Below are positions 13,602 through 26,604 of a DNA stretch of 64,000 nucleotides, in pieces. Source of the stretch: Adineta vaga (Eukaryota; Animalia; Rotifera); NCBI GenBank assembly GCA_021613535.1, contig CP075495.1, positions 8,432,001 through 8,496,000 of the forward strand. The letters are read 5' to 3'. Below the pieces are notes generated by a model. That model was not told where the DNA came from and made no database searches. It saw nothing but the letters and a program-made list of their open reading frames with translations. The position numbers and the translations under genes are program-made. The number at the start of each line of letters is the position of its first letter. Position 1 is the first letter of the stretch.

Positions 13602-15428
13602 TGATTCAGTTCAATATTCATCATCTAACTGACCGTGAGAATGGAAGTCCAGGACATCAAATGTGTGTGTGTATGTTTTTTTCTGTCAATACAGAGACGA
13701 ATAATTCGCTCCTATATAGAAAACAAATAAGGCGTTGAGGCGATCTTATTTGTCGATCTTCTTTTTCTCATTTTACATTTTTCATATTTCAATTACTATT
13801 CCTTTTTATTCATAAATAAAATCTCCGAAAAATAAAAAGTGTTCTGTCCCTTTTTATTGTTGTATAATTATCTTTTTTCTTTCTTTCTCTCCTATTTCTT
13901 ATTCTTTTTAGTTTATACTTTTTCTTCTTTAGAATTAGACGTTTATTCGTCTTCTTTTGAATATTATTCCCGTACAACATTTTTTTTGTCTATCTTTTCA
14001 GTTTTTGTTTGTTTTATTTATTCTATACTTAATAGATTACTGGACTTCTTTTTCTTTTCTTTTGCACATCAATTTATTTATTCATCTGGGTGCATATGTC
14101 CGATTTACTATCCATCAACTATTGTCCAATTTGACAGCTTGTCTTGATCTATATATGAGATATTCATTATGAAAGTCGATCGATCGATTTATAAATATCA
14201 AATAAAAAAAAGAAAGAGACAAGAGAAGAAAAGAAAAGAAGGAAAATATATGTGTCTCTTACGATAAAATCACTGTTGTCCTTAAAATGTGTTGTCAACT
14301 AGATTAGATCGAAATAACTGATTAGTGTTTTTGTCATTTGAATTCATTAATGATGATTTGTTTTTGATGCATCTTGAGAGTTCGTATCTATATATGCTTT
14401 TGATTTGATTAATAAACTATATCGACTTGGTGGTTTCTTCTTATTATTTTGATTTGTTGATATCATTGATGTGAAAATACATAAATATAAGAAAACGATG
14501 AAGAATAATTGAGTGAATTTCATTTTAAATAAATCATTCTAGTCTCATTTTTGAATATTTATACGACAAGATAAAGTGAAGAAAAACAAAACAAAACATC
14601 TTTTATGAGTACTATAAAAAAACAAAACTTTATTATCTTTAGTCATGGACAAGATAATGAATAATTATTTGACTTCATCATGAAATTTTATATGTATTGA
14701 GAACTAAAATCTTGTGATCAACTCTATTCGAACTATTGTCTTCATCCATCCTTTCATTGATCTATTTACAGATTGTTAATATACGAGACGATTTTTATCT
14801 CATGACAACCCATCTGATTGACACTTTAATTATTGTGTTGAACATGACAAAAAAAGTTTCGCTTAACTTAACAACTTTCATTCATTTCTATTTTTTCGTG
14901 TCAAACCCTTGTTGTTTTTCTCTCCCTTACATTTACCTTGTATTCACCTGTTAATTGATATATTCAAGCAAAATACGAAAATAAATATTATCAATAACCA
15001 GATGGCCTTTCATGTTCTAATCAGAAGATATTGATATGAAAAAAATTTCTTTTTCCAAAGCAAACAAATGTTTTATGTCTATGATAACAGGAATGAATCA
15101 TTCAATATTTGTCAACGATAAAGATTCAATCATACAATTATAATAGAGAGAGACTGAAACCGAGACTGTTCTTATCTGGAATTTTTTCTATACAATTGTT
15201 AAAGAAGAATTTCTTGTATTACTGTACACATCTGGAGGATGAAAGAAAAAAAAATAACATTAATATAGAGAAAGAAGAAGAAGAAGAAAAGACGATTTTG
15301 TCTGCGATCAATTGCTTACTTGTTTTTGTTTGTTATTGAATTAGGAAGAAAAAGACGAAGAGGGTCACATCCTTGAATCATTTATTATCTTTCTTCGTAA
15401 AGAGAGGTTTTAAGTGAAAAGCAACAGA

Positions 15429-17809
15429 ATGTACTTGTTGACAATTAGTTTGTTGGTTTTAATGCAAATCAATGTTTTTCTTCATGGAGAAGAAGTCGAT
15501 TGTCGAACATCATCAATATCAACTTTTGTTCGAGATTCATTACCAAAAATATGTTTTCACAATGATTCAGCTGGTAGATTAGATTATTCAATGGATCATG
15601 TAGAATTTTACAATGCACATTGTCGATTATATCAAGAAATTAAACAATGTTTAGAAACAAAAATTAAACATTGTGATGAGATTCAGCCTGCATTTACTCG
15701 ACATATATTAAGTTTAGTTGAAAGTTATCAATTACCTATTGAATATTTTGATTTTGATGCAAAAATTTATGATGATAATCATTATCTACAAAATTTAATT
15801 CCATTTTGTGATGGTGAAAAACTCTCAAGTAAATTTCTGTTGTTCTATTGTATATTGAATATTATTTCTTATTTATAGATCATTTCATCGAACAATTTGA
15901 TCGATCTTTATTAAGTTGTTTAACGAAAACGACAGTCACCAAACATAAGCAATGTTTAGTTACATTTAAAAATAATATTCAAACAATTTTACAAACAAAA
16001 GCTTCATTGAATGAAATTACAAAATGGTCTGAAGATTTTCTTCGATGTATTTATAATTCAATTCCAACAACTTGTTCAACAGCAACAAAAGAAGTCTTTG
16101 TTTTTCGTGAATTATTAGCTGTGCCGGAAAAACAAAATAATGCAACAGCAACAGCATTAAATATAACAAAAATTGTTAAACAAAAATTGCCAAGTCAAAA
16201 TGTTGAAGGTTTTGCACAATCCAAACGAGCAACATCATCTATTCATGGTAATTATGAGAATTATGATCGATTGATTGACGACATTGTCAGAATGATTTAT
16301 ATTACAAAATATGAGACGATAGTATTTCTACCAAAAACCATCTGTTCGTCTGAGAAACATAATACATTCGATATGTACAATAATATATCTTTACTTTATA
16401 ATTTTATCCAAATTTGAATAGTTAATTTCACTAGAATTTCTATGATAATTTGGGCAGAGATATGACATTCATAGTGTCAAAGAGAATGAATCATAGTTAT
16501 AAACAGTATTAGTAATCCTTTGTGAACGGATAATATGCATCAGCATGAATATAGCGTCTACCAAACTGAGAAAACGTCTACATATTGATAGTATATGAAT
16601 AATCATGATCTCACATATGTTATTAATAACGGGAAGTTTATCGAGTGTGCAAGAGAAAAACAAATTTGGAACGATGCTTATTATTATAACTAAGAGTAGT
16701 ATAAGTCATATAATGAAATTTGACATTCCTATCTCTCTGAAAGAAAGAAACGAATGAATATTCGATCTATTCGAAAGACTTAATCAAATGAAGATAATTC
16801 TTAATGTTTTTTTTCTAAAAAGGATACTAAGATAAGAATTATTCATTTCGTGCCAAAAAAGCCATACAAATAATCCGTTTTAGTTCTGATAAAAAGAGAT
16901 GTTATCTTTGCTAAATAAAGTCTATCTTGATGAGGCGATCCACATATTGTTCAATTGCATACATCAAAAGCGATCACATGTAGATTATTACACAATCGTA
17001 CATATATATCGAATCCTCATTTTAAAATATCTGGTATATCAAAACATGTTGGCGATCCTGAATTAACTGCAACTGCTATAACATCATTAAAAATAGATTT
17101 TTATAATTCTCAAGGTGATTTAATTGCTTACTATCAAGCATCGAATGGTAAATTACCATTAGATTTAAACTATTTGGATTCTTTATCAGCATCGATAATT
17201 AAAATTGATCATGGTGAACAACATACAACAGAAGGTCATTTAACTTTTACACATGTTCCAACATCGACTCAGATAACAGTTAATAAATGGTCAAAATTTT
17301 ATTATTTTCTTGTTCGATCATCGGAATATTTATTGAATAATTCCAATGGATATTTAATAACTGGTTGTCCTCCGACTGAAATTGTTGATCGACAAGCAAT
17401 CATTGCACGTTTAAAAGAACGTTTTGCACAAAGTCAACGACAAATCATGGTTGTTACCAATCGACAACGTCGTCAAATATCAATGTATGAATCTGAATTA
17501 CCTCAGCAATGTGAACAAATATGTTCCAATAAGGAAAATGATTTTATGGATGAATGTCTATTCGATTGTTTAGCATTTGCTGTAGTGAATCCAACACAAG
17601 CATTACGAGTCAATGAAATGCATGTTTCAACCAGTCGGAAACGAAGACAATTGGCTAAAAATGATATTCGAGTAGTGAAAGAATTTCAAGAATGTTATGA
17701 AAAAGGATTAGTATGTAAAACAATGCCATATGATGATACAAATACAGGATTACAAAAATCAATATCATTTTTAATGATCATTATGATATTAATGTTTTAT
17801 TTCGGATAA
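15429..17809 (+). CDS. Repulsive guidance molecule (RGM/hemojuvelin/DRAG-1)-like, probably GPI-anchored, 3 exons
   Basis: Signal peptide and Cys-rich N-terminus. Splicing 16247 to 16935 creates SIHG-DPHIVQLHTSKAITCR (GDPH autocleavage motif). Downstream TATAITSLKIDF, YYQASNGKLP and DECLFDC resemble RGM_C. Ends in a hydrophobic tail. Confidence 0.7.
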
Positions 17810-18305
17810 AAACTATCGTTAGATGATCGTTTCTTAGTATATTTTAAAATTTTCGTATTGTTTCGTGTTGTAGAAATGTCATTTAAAATAAACAAGAAAA
17901 AATATATATAATCTTAGAATAATGATTCAAAGACTAAAGATATTTCTAACATGTTTAATACAGATGCCATTGACTCCATATTTCACAAAATATGTATGCT
18001 TATAGGATACAAATAAGAAGAAAATAGACTAACATTGTTTAGTTAAGAAAGATAAACATGTCTTGATATTTATTTTCACAGTTAGTAACACGGGGCTAAT
18101 GCCATATTATATTGATCTAGTCTCTTTGCACGACAAGGATGAAATTATGTTTTCTTTCTGCGAAATAAAGCGTCGATTGTATGGAATATATATCTCGTTC
18201 AATGATTGTTTTTCGATGAAAAAATACGGATGACATTTATTAAAGCGAGAATAATATACCTCCTATCCATTCTTGTCCTTCAATCTTTTACGATGAGTTG
18301 CTGCC

Positions 18306-18455
18306 TTGCTATATATAAAACATAGATCACGTGTTTTTTTTTCGTTTTGTTCTTATCTAATATATTTGATTAAGATACATCGGTTAGTTATGATTTGATT
18401 TCATATATATCCTTGCAATACTCCAGTGGTATCTATCATGTTTTATATATAGCAA
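18306..18455. repeat. Perfect 18-bp inverted repeat bounding a 150-bp segment
   Basis: ttgctatatataaaacat (18306-18323) and atgttttatatatagcaa (18438-18455) are exact reverse complements. Confidence 0.8.
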
Positions 18456-18831
18456 TAACTGACGGATAATTGATATCTTTTGTTTTTTTCGCCAATAAAA
18501 TACCTGTTTTCACTGCTGTTTCATGTATGTACATTCGTTCTTTAGAATATTTTACATCATCTACTAAACAAGCATTATATATCTGTTGAATAGAAATTGA
18601 TAAACGATTCCAGGGTAGACTATCGAATGTTATTTCTTTTCTTTGGATACTTCGTAATGCTTGTTGTGTTTGTTTCAATAACCAATAATTATTATTTAAT
18701 AAAATACTTTGACCACAACGTTCTTTGAATCTAATTGATTCTGACCGAGTGAATATATTTAAAAAATTTTCGATAGGAAATACGCAGATCGATAAATAGA
18801 AGAACAAATAATAGGAAACGTACATAATCAT
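18436..18831 (-). pseudogene. Signal-peptide ORF truncated at an inverted-repeat element; possible disrupted gene
   Basis: 131-aa ATG ORF with a hydrophobic N-terminus. Its stop falls at the inner edge of an 18-bp inverted-repeat arm, and broken coding-like frames continue downstream. Confidence 0.35.
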
Positions 18832-19374
18832 GATTCATTCATAGGCGCTTATTCTTGTATTATTAATGAAGTCAAATATGAATATATGATTATACAGAAA
18901 CCTTAGAGAAGAAGTAATGAGAAGACGCAAAGCAACCATTAGAAAACAAGAGTCAAGAAATGATTGTCATATAATCGATGCTGAAATCTAAGTAATCATA
19001 ATGCATAATCTATTAGACTTTTAAATGAGATGTCCGTTCTGACGTCTCGTGATTCAAAATGAATGTTTATCGAGAATGACGCTCAATGAAAGAAAATATA
19101 AAGAACAATGACTTTAGCTCTGTTGTTCATCAATCATTATAGAAATGCGACAATCGAAGGCGGCATTTCCTTTTCTTTTCTTTTTCTTTGCTTTTGAAAA
19201 ATCAATCGATTTGCTTCATTTCATCAATGAATAATCGTAGAATAATACCGTAACAAATACATTTTCTTTTTATTGTTAAACTACCATAACTAAAAGTTTT
19301 ATTCAATCGTTAGTTTTTCTTTCTTTTTTTTTTGCTAACTTATCATTCTCATTCTAGAAAAATAAAAGAAAATC

Positions 19375-20958
19375 ATGGATGCTGATGCACTTATATCATG
19401 TGGAGCAATGACTCTACAATTCGTTGCTGAATACTGGCGTTCAATTGAAAAACGTCCAGTTGTTGCCAATGTACAACCAGGTTATTTACGTACATTATTA
19501 CCTTTAGAAGCGCCTGAACAACCTGAATCATTTTCATCGATTATAAATGATTTGGAATCCACAATTATGCCTGGTGTTACAAATTGGCATAGTCCAAATT
19601 TCTATGCTTATTTTCCAACAGCAAATTCATATCCAGCTATTTGTGCTGATATTTTATCAGGTGGAATTGCTTGTATTGGTTTCTCATGGATTGCTTCACC
19701 CTCATGTACCGAACTTGAAGCAATCGTCATGGATTGGTTAGCAAAAGCGATGGGTTTACCGGAATTTTTTCTTTCAACAGGAAATGGTGGTGGAATTATT
19801 CAAGGTGAGTTAAAATTAGAAAGAAAAATAGAAATAATTGAATTTTAATTCAAATAGGTACAGCTAGTGAAGCTACAATTGTAGCTTTACTTGCGGCTCG
19901 TTCAAAAATTTTCAATGAGAAAAAAGCCGAAGATCCAACATTAACTTTAGGAAGACTATTGGATCAATTAGTAGTCTACTGTTCTGATCAAGCACATTCA
20001 TCCATTGATAAAGCTGCTTTGATTGTTGGCTGTCGATTACGTAAAATTGCTTCGGATTCCAATTGTGTGATGCACGGTGAACAAGTTCAAGCAGCAATAG
20101 CTGAAGATCGAGCTGCAGGTTCCATTCCATTTTTCATTGTTGCAACACTTGGTACTACTCAAACGGTAGATATCAATGAATGGATAAATTTTTAATAATT
20201 TTAATCGTTTTTCTTTTCTAGTGTGCGTTCGATGATTTAGTTAGTGTTGGACGTGTCTGTGAAAAAGAAAAGTTATGGATGCATATTGATGCTGCCTATG
20301 CTGGAAATGCTTTTATTTGTCCTGAATATCGACATTTATTAAATGGAATTGAATATGCTGAATCTTTCGATTTCAATCCACATAAATGGATGTTGGTTAA
20401 TTTTGATTGTTCAGCAATGTATTTAAAAGATAGAACACATTTTATCGATGCATTCAATGTCGATCCACTCTATTTAAAACATGCATTTCAATCATCAGCA
20501 CCTGATTATCGACATTGGCAAATTCCATTAGGACGACGATTTCGTTCACTTAAATTATGGTAAACGATTCGTGAGAAGTATTCTCTTATTTGTTTATTTT
20601 TAGGTTTGTTTTACGAACAATGGGTTTAGATGGTTTACGAGCATATATTCGTAAACATATTCAATTAGCTAAACATTTTATAAGTTTAATTAATCAAGAT
20701 AATCGTTTTGAAATCGTTTTTCCAGCTGAAGCTCAACTTGGTTTAGTTTGCTTTCGATTAAAGGATGGTTCAAACGAATTGAACGAATGTTTATTGAAAG
20801 CATTAAATGATGATAAACGAATTTATCTTGTGCCATCAATGGTCAAACAAAAATATATCTTACGTCTTGCTGTATGTTCATGGTTAACTGAAGAAAAACA
20901 TATTGAATTTGCTTGGAATATCATTACTGAAGTGGCAACAAAACTTCTTTCTAAATAA
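19375..20958 (+). CDS. DDC: Aromatic L-amino acid (DOPA) decarboxylase, 4 exons
   Basis: [35 protein letters not shown]-lysine motif [13 protein letters not shown] and [20 protein letters not shown]. Confidence 0.92.
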
Positions 20959-21229
20959 TTATAGAAAACATAAAAAAACATTATGTCATTTATTAAAAGT
21001 ATTCATGTTTTTATGTATGATTCTTTTTGTCCTGAAATAAAGTCTATCGTAAAGTTGGTTTACATTCTTGTTTCCTGCTAATCCAATACTAACATAATAA
21101 ACTATTTTTTCCAAATTTCTATTTTATTGTTAAAGATTTTCGACGATGTAAAAGGAACAATCGAAGAAAAAGAAAGGAAGGACGTATATAGACAAAGACA
21201 AAGCAAAAAACATGTATTTGTTCATTATT

Positions 21230-24200
21230 CTAGGAAAATTTTCGAAGACGATGATGTTCAGATGCAGATGATTGGCCAGATCGTGCACTAGTCGATGCTT
21301 GGTTATTACGATTATTTGAACGTCGTTGAGAATTTGATCGTAGATTATTTTTCAATACATCACGATGTGTCTTATTTATATGTAGTGACATTAGATTAGC
21401 ATCACAATATGTCAATAAACAGAGTGGACAACGAAACCATGATCCACATGGAGCAAGTACATTCATTTCGAGACATCTACAAAGAAATTGAATAGAAATC
21501 GAATAGATTTGACAAAAAACAAACACGTACTGTCCATTTTGATGTTCATCAAGTGATGTTTGACTAACAAATGGCATATTACATTTCTCGCAAACATAAT
21601 CATAATCTTGTAATGCATCAGGGATACGAGGACGATTTGTCGATGTTGATGTACCTTCCAAACTAATACGAGAGAAATAGATATTTATTAAGTAAATAGA
21701 GAAGAAGTCGAGATAAACTTACCAATCTGTTGAATCATCATTGTCTTCATTTGATTTCCATGAATTTTGTACAGAAGATGATTTAACGTCAGAACATGTT
21801 TGAGATACAGATCGTTTTAATGAAGTACTAGATCGTGATCGTCCCAAAGTAGAATTTTTAGACTAAAAACAAGATTAAGAGAGAAAAATGCAATCGTTTA
21901 CTCTTTTTCGATGAATATTTATTAATAAATAAGCAATGCTTTTCTTACGCGTTCCGTTGATATAGGTTGACTTTTTCGAGATGAAGATTGCTTTCGACTA
22001 TCTGTATCATCTTGCTCAGCTGATGTAGTAGTATTTGTTGAAGAGGCATATTCTGAATCATACCGCCGTTTGACTAATGTTTTTTCGACGACTGGTTTTT
22101 CTTGTTTCGTATTAACTTTATTTTCTAATTTTTCATCATCTTTCTTCTCTTCAGCGACGTTTGTTTCTTCTTCTTCTCCTCCCTGTTCTTCTTCATCTGA
22201 ACTGATACCAAATGTATCAAATGAACGTGGTGTTGGAATACTTTTTACAATTGATTCATTGGTCCAATTATCATTTGAACGTGAAGAACGATTTGTTGTT
22301 GATTTTGATGGTGATTGTCGTTGTTGATAAATATATTCTTCACTTGGATGATTCATATTAAATGTTGATTGTTGTTGAAATTGTTGACGTAGATCTTTAA
22401 CTGTTATTGGTCGATTGATAGTGCTCATTCGTATGGGTTTACCATTGATAACATATGTTCGAGCGTCATCACCCGTTTTAGAAAAAAATATTGATTCTTT
22501 TTTACGAGAATTTGTCGATGGTTCAGTCGAATCTGGAATTGAAGCATCATTTGTTGAATTTGATGGTAATTGTTGAAGAATGTCTTCATTATTAAAAAAT
22601 GATGAATCATGAATAACATTGAAACGTTGATCTTCACCTACACATTGACGATAATGAGATTCTGTATAAAGAGAGATTAGATTATGGTAGATTTTTTCAC
22701 ATTTTGTACACCAATAATGACGTTTATCGGTTTTAACAATGATTTGGTTTGGATTATTCGTATCTTTCGCTGTTGTTGAAGTAGTAGTAGAAGAAGAAGA
22801 ATAAGACGATGATGATGATGACGATGATGGAACCGCTCGTTTCATTGTTGTAATGACTTCTTTTTTTATAGAAATCGATTCAGAAGACTCTTCGGGTGAA
22901 ACTGGTGGTGGACTTATATTTGATTTACGTAAACGTTTGGATTTACGTTGACCAGATTTAATTTCTTCTTTTTCAATAGGTTTGGTATCAAGAACAGGAC
23001 ATGTATTCGATCGATGAATTTCACGTTTAATACGTTTAGCAGGCAATTTTGGTGAAACTGGTTTGATATCTAAAAGAAGGGAAAAGAATTGTGACTTAGA
23101 GAACACATCTTATATTGATTTATTTACCTTCTTGTTTAATGGTTGATACTCGATCATTTGAAGATGTTGAACGTCGTCGAATGCTCTGCAATAAAGAAGA
23201 AAAACATATAAGTGAATGTTTGGAAAGATCGGATAGACCCAAGGAAAATATTCAATACCTTCTTTCTCAAACTATTATTTGACAATAGAAAACTTGGTGA
23301 ATCTGTTTTAGTTCTTTGTTGTTGTTGTTTCAAATCATTTTCTAATTCTAAGATAAAAGCATATGGATTTGATTGAATAAATCCGACTGCATTCCATCCC
23401 CAATCTGAAGGTGAAATATTTTTCTCATGTTGATTTTTTTCATGTTCAATTAAATCAATTGGCGATGAAAAACGTTCCGAACATAATAGACAAGTATAAC
23501 GATTCATAATAAAACGTCGTTCTGGAATGGATTTTTGTCGTTGATAATATTTACTCATATCAATATTTTGATTTTTGGGATGATCAAAATAATCATCGGA
23601 TAGATGTTGAACAACCACATCATGTCGACGTCTTGGTCCTAATAAATCTCGAACAAGTGGATATTGTGTTAAGAAATGTTCGAGTGATGTTAGTTTTGTA
23701 TTTTCATTTTCATCATCCATCTGTTGACGACATAATGTTTCATTTTGTTTTATATCTTCTAATGTTCCATCAATACAATTTGTCATATTATAAGCAACTT
23801 GTTCACCAATAGTATATAATTGTTGACAATCACGATCTAAATACATAAATATGATTTTTGGATTCTATCAAAATCTTGAGCATATCATTAATGATTTTCT
23901 CTTTTTTAGTTCTCAGTGTATTTCTGATGATGCTGAGTAGAGAAATGTTTCAAATTTACCTGTTAACGAATCTGGTAAACCAATTGGTATTGGTAAACGA
24001 GGTGATGAATCATTATTATTATTTGATTGAAGAACATTCGATGAACTACGATTACGATCTTGATGAAAGGTCGATGAAAAGTTTGAATTCAAATTATCTA
24101 CGTAAGATTAATGATCTTATTTTTTTTCTTCTAGGTTTCGATTAATCTAAATCTTACTTTCATCTTGTTCATTATCACGAGATTTTTTTCCTCGAGTTTG

Positions 24201-25659
24201 ATTCGAATTACTTTGTAACATATTTGCTTGTGTAGCTAGAAGTGCTTGTAATAAACGATAATGTTTAGAACGAACATGTTGAGATAATTGTTTAGCCGTA
24301 TTATAATGAGCATCAATTGGTGCACACCAATGACATCGATAGATATGTAAACGAAGGTAACGATTTTCTCCTAAACGTTCACCACCTGCCACAACTATAT
24401 GATAATTGTCAAAAGAAGAACATTGTAAGTATGTAAATGAAGAGATAGGGATTTGTTTACCTTCAAGTAAATCAACTACAACACTTTTAACATCATTAGC
24501 AATGAAAGAATATCGACAAATGTTACAACTATCTCGAACTTTTGTACGTGGACGATTTGCTGGAGATAAATATTGTGGTGTAATGTGATAAGTATGATAA
24601 TGAAACTAAATAAAATAAAATAAAATACTGAATGATGTGTATTTTAAATTGAGGGGAATTTTTGAAATGATACTTCTCCGAATAAGTCATATATCTTACT
24701 TTAAATGCAACATTGGACATAAAAACTAAAATAAGAATTGATATAACAAAGAATTTCAAATAGATAAATTTTACTTTGATGACATATATCACATTTTAAA
24801 CAAGTTTGTTTAATTCCATCACTGATCAATGTTTCTGATAAGAATTTTTTTGTTATTTGTAATTCAAATTCTAAGGAACGATTATTCATCACTAAATGTA
24901 CATTATCATCATCAATAAATTCTTTTCCAGGTTCTTGTTCTAGTATTTTGATTGCTGGATTATCTTGATGTTGAGTTGATTGTTGTTGTCGAGTTTCACG
25001 ACGTGTTCGACCATTTTCTCGTTTATCTATTAATAAAAATCGCTAAAGTTTGTATCAATCTTCGAGAATGAATAATACCTTTCTTTTTTGATTTTTGTCT
25101 TTCAATATATGTTAATAATTCTTCATCAACTTCAAGTGCCTATAAAAATTGTAAACAATCAAATATTATCAATCAAATTCTATCAATGATACAGACTCGC
25201 ATTGAAAAATAATGAATTTGTTGATTTTGTTGCATGCAAACAACATTTTGTTGAGATTTATCATGTGTCCATCGAATAAAACGAAGAAAATTACCATCAC
25301 TAGGATTACTTGCATCTATATAATGAATAGGTACACCACGAGCACTTAAAATCTATGATATAAAATTAAACATACAATATATATTTTATTAATATGAAAA
25401 TAAACATACAGCCCAAACATATTCTTCATCAGCTGTTTGTGGTAAACTACGACGTATTTTTCCTCGATATATTCCTAATGGTTCATTTGGTTTCAAAGTA
25501 CGTGTCACAAATAAACCTGAAGAAAATTGAATATAGTTTAAATAATTTAGAACATATAAAATTGCTTTTCTTTCTCTCTAAATTACCATTTTGACCAATT
25601 TTTGATTTGGATGGTTTAAAACAAAGATAATTAGGTAATTGTATACTATCCTCAGACAT
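21230..25659 (-). CDS. PRDM-family PR/SET-domain protein with dispersed C2H2/C2HC zinc fingers
   Basis: 5' exons splice to GLFVTRTLKPNEPLGIYRG..EEYVWAI..HYIDASNPSDGNFLRFIRW..QQNVVCMQQNQQIHYFSMR..EELLTY (PR domain). Fingers include CHWC..HVRSKH, CLLC..HEKNQH and CPLC..HINKTH. Confidence 0.8.
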
Positions 25660-26604
25660 ATCTGGAAAAAAAACAAAAAAACAATTTTCACAAGTCCAAT
25701 GACTCAAGGTGCACGACAAAGAAAGTAGATCATGTGACGCCTAGAAAACTCTATGGATAATCTTCATGAAAATGTAGAGGAAATGCGACCTCGATGGATG
25801 GTGACAACTGTTGAATTAACCTAGGTCAAGATATTTCAATCTATCTTCTCAATAGAGTTCAACAGACTTCATTGATGTATATTAGAAATGAAAAATTATT
25901 TTTTTAATTAAAAAATTCAAATAAAATAATATGATTAGAAAAAGACTAACTGAAAATTTAACGTTCATTTTCATTATTGAATGTCTATCATCTATCATTT
26001 GATTTCCCTTCCATTGTTTTTTATAAAAGGAGAGGCTCATTTTGAGTATCGGAAGATGTCGCTCAACTGTTGTCTGAAAATGATATGTTAATATTATATA
26101 AATTATGTTTAAATAATAACATTTATCTATTTAGTCTAATCTAATCAACTCTTCTCTTTCTTTCTATTAATTCAATTCGAGTTTATAGAATCAGTAACAG
26201 TAAAACAGTTCTTCACATTTGTTATTATTCTTCTTATTGTTCTAAGAAATGATACTCGCTAGTGAAAATGGCATGTATATGAAATGAAAATGGCTCAGAT
26301 TAATATATAATACATTGACAAATCTACGTCATTTTAATTGGTTGAAAAAGAATATTGACCAAAAAAATGATCCATATATAGTAACATCTATGACATTCTC
26401 ATGAATTCTATTGATCTTGAATGAATTATCAAAATTTTCGTTTGATTTTCATGACTAGAAGATTTTTATTTTCTGACAAAACTATTCATTGAGTATCTCA
26501 CAACAAATAAAAATAAAACAAAATTATTGAGATTGCACAGAAAAAAAATGACTGATATATATATATAACACATCGATCACAAAAAGAAGAATAACCAAAA
26601 AGAT

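Noticed and set aside
13839-14172. Hydrophobic F/L-rich ORFs resembling membrane proteins
   Set aside because: U-rich 3' UTR sequence with non-ATG starts. The same applies to ORFs at 9341, 30032, 41491 and 49069.
19375-20958. Possible aldehyde-synthase (DHPAAS/AAS) variant of DDC
   Set aside because: The His in AHSS and the catalytic-loop Tyr in PLYLKH are both retained, as in a standard decarboxylase.
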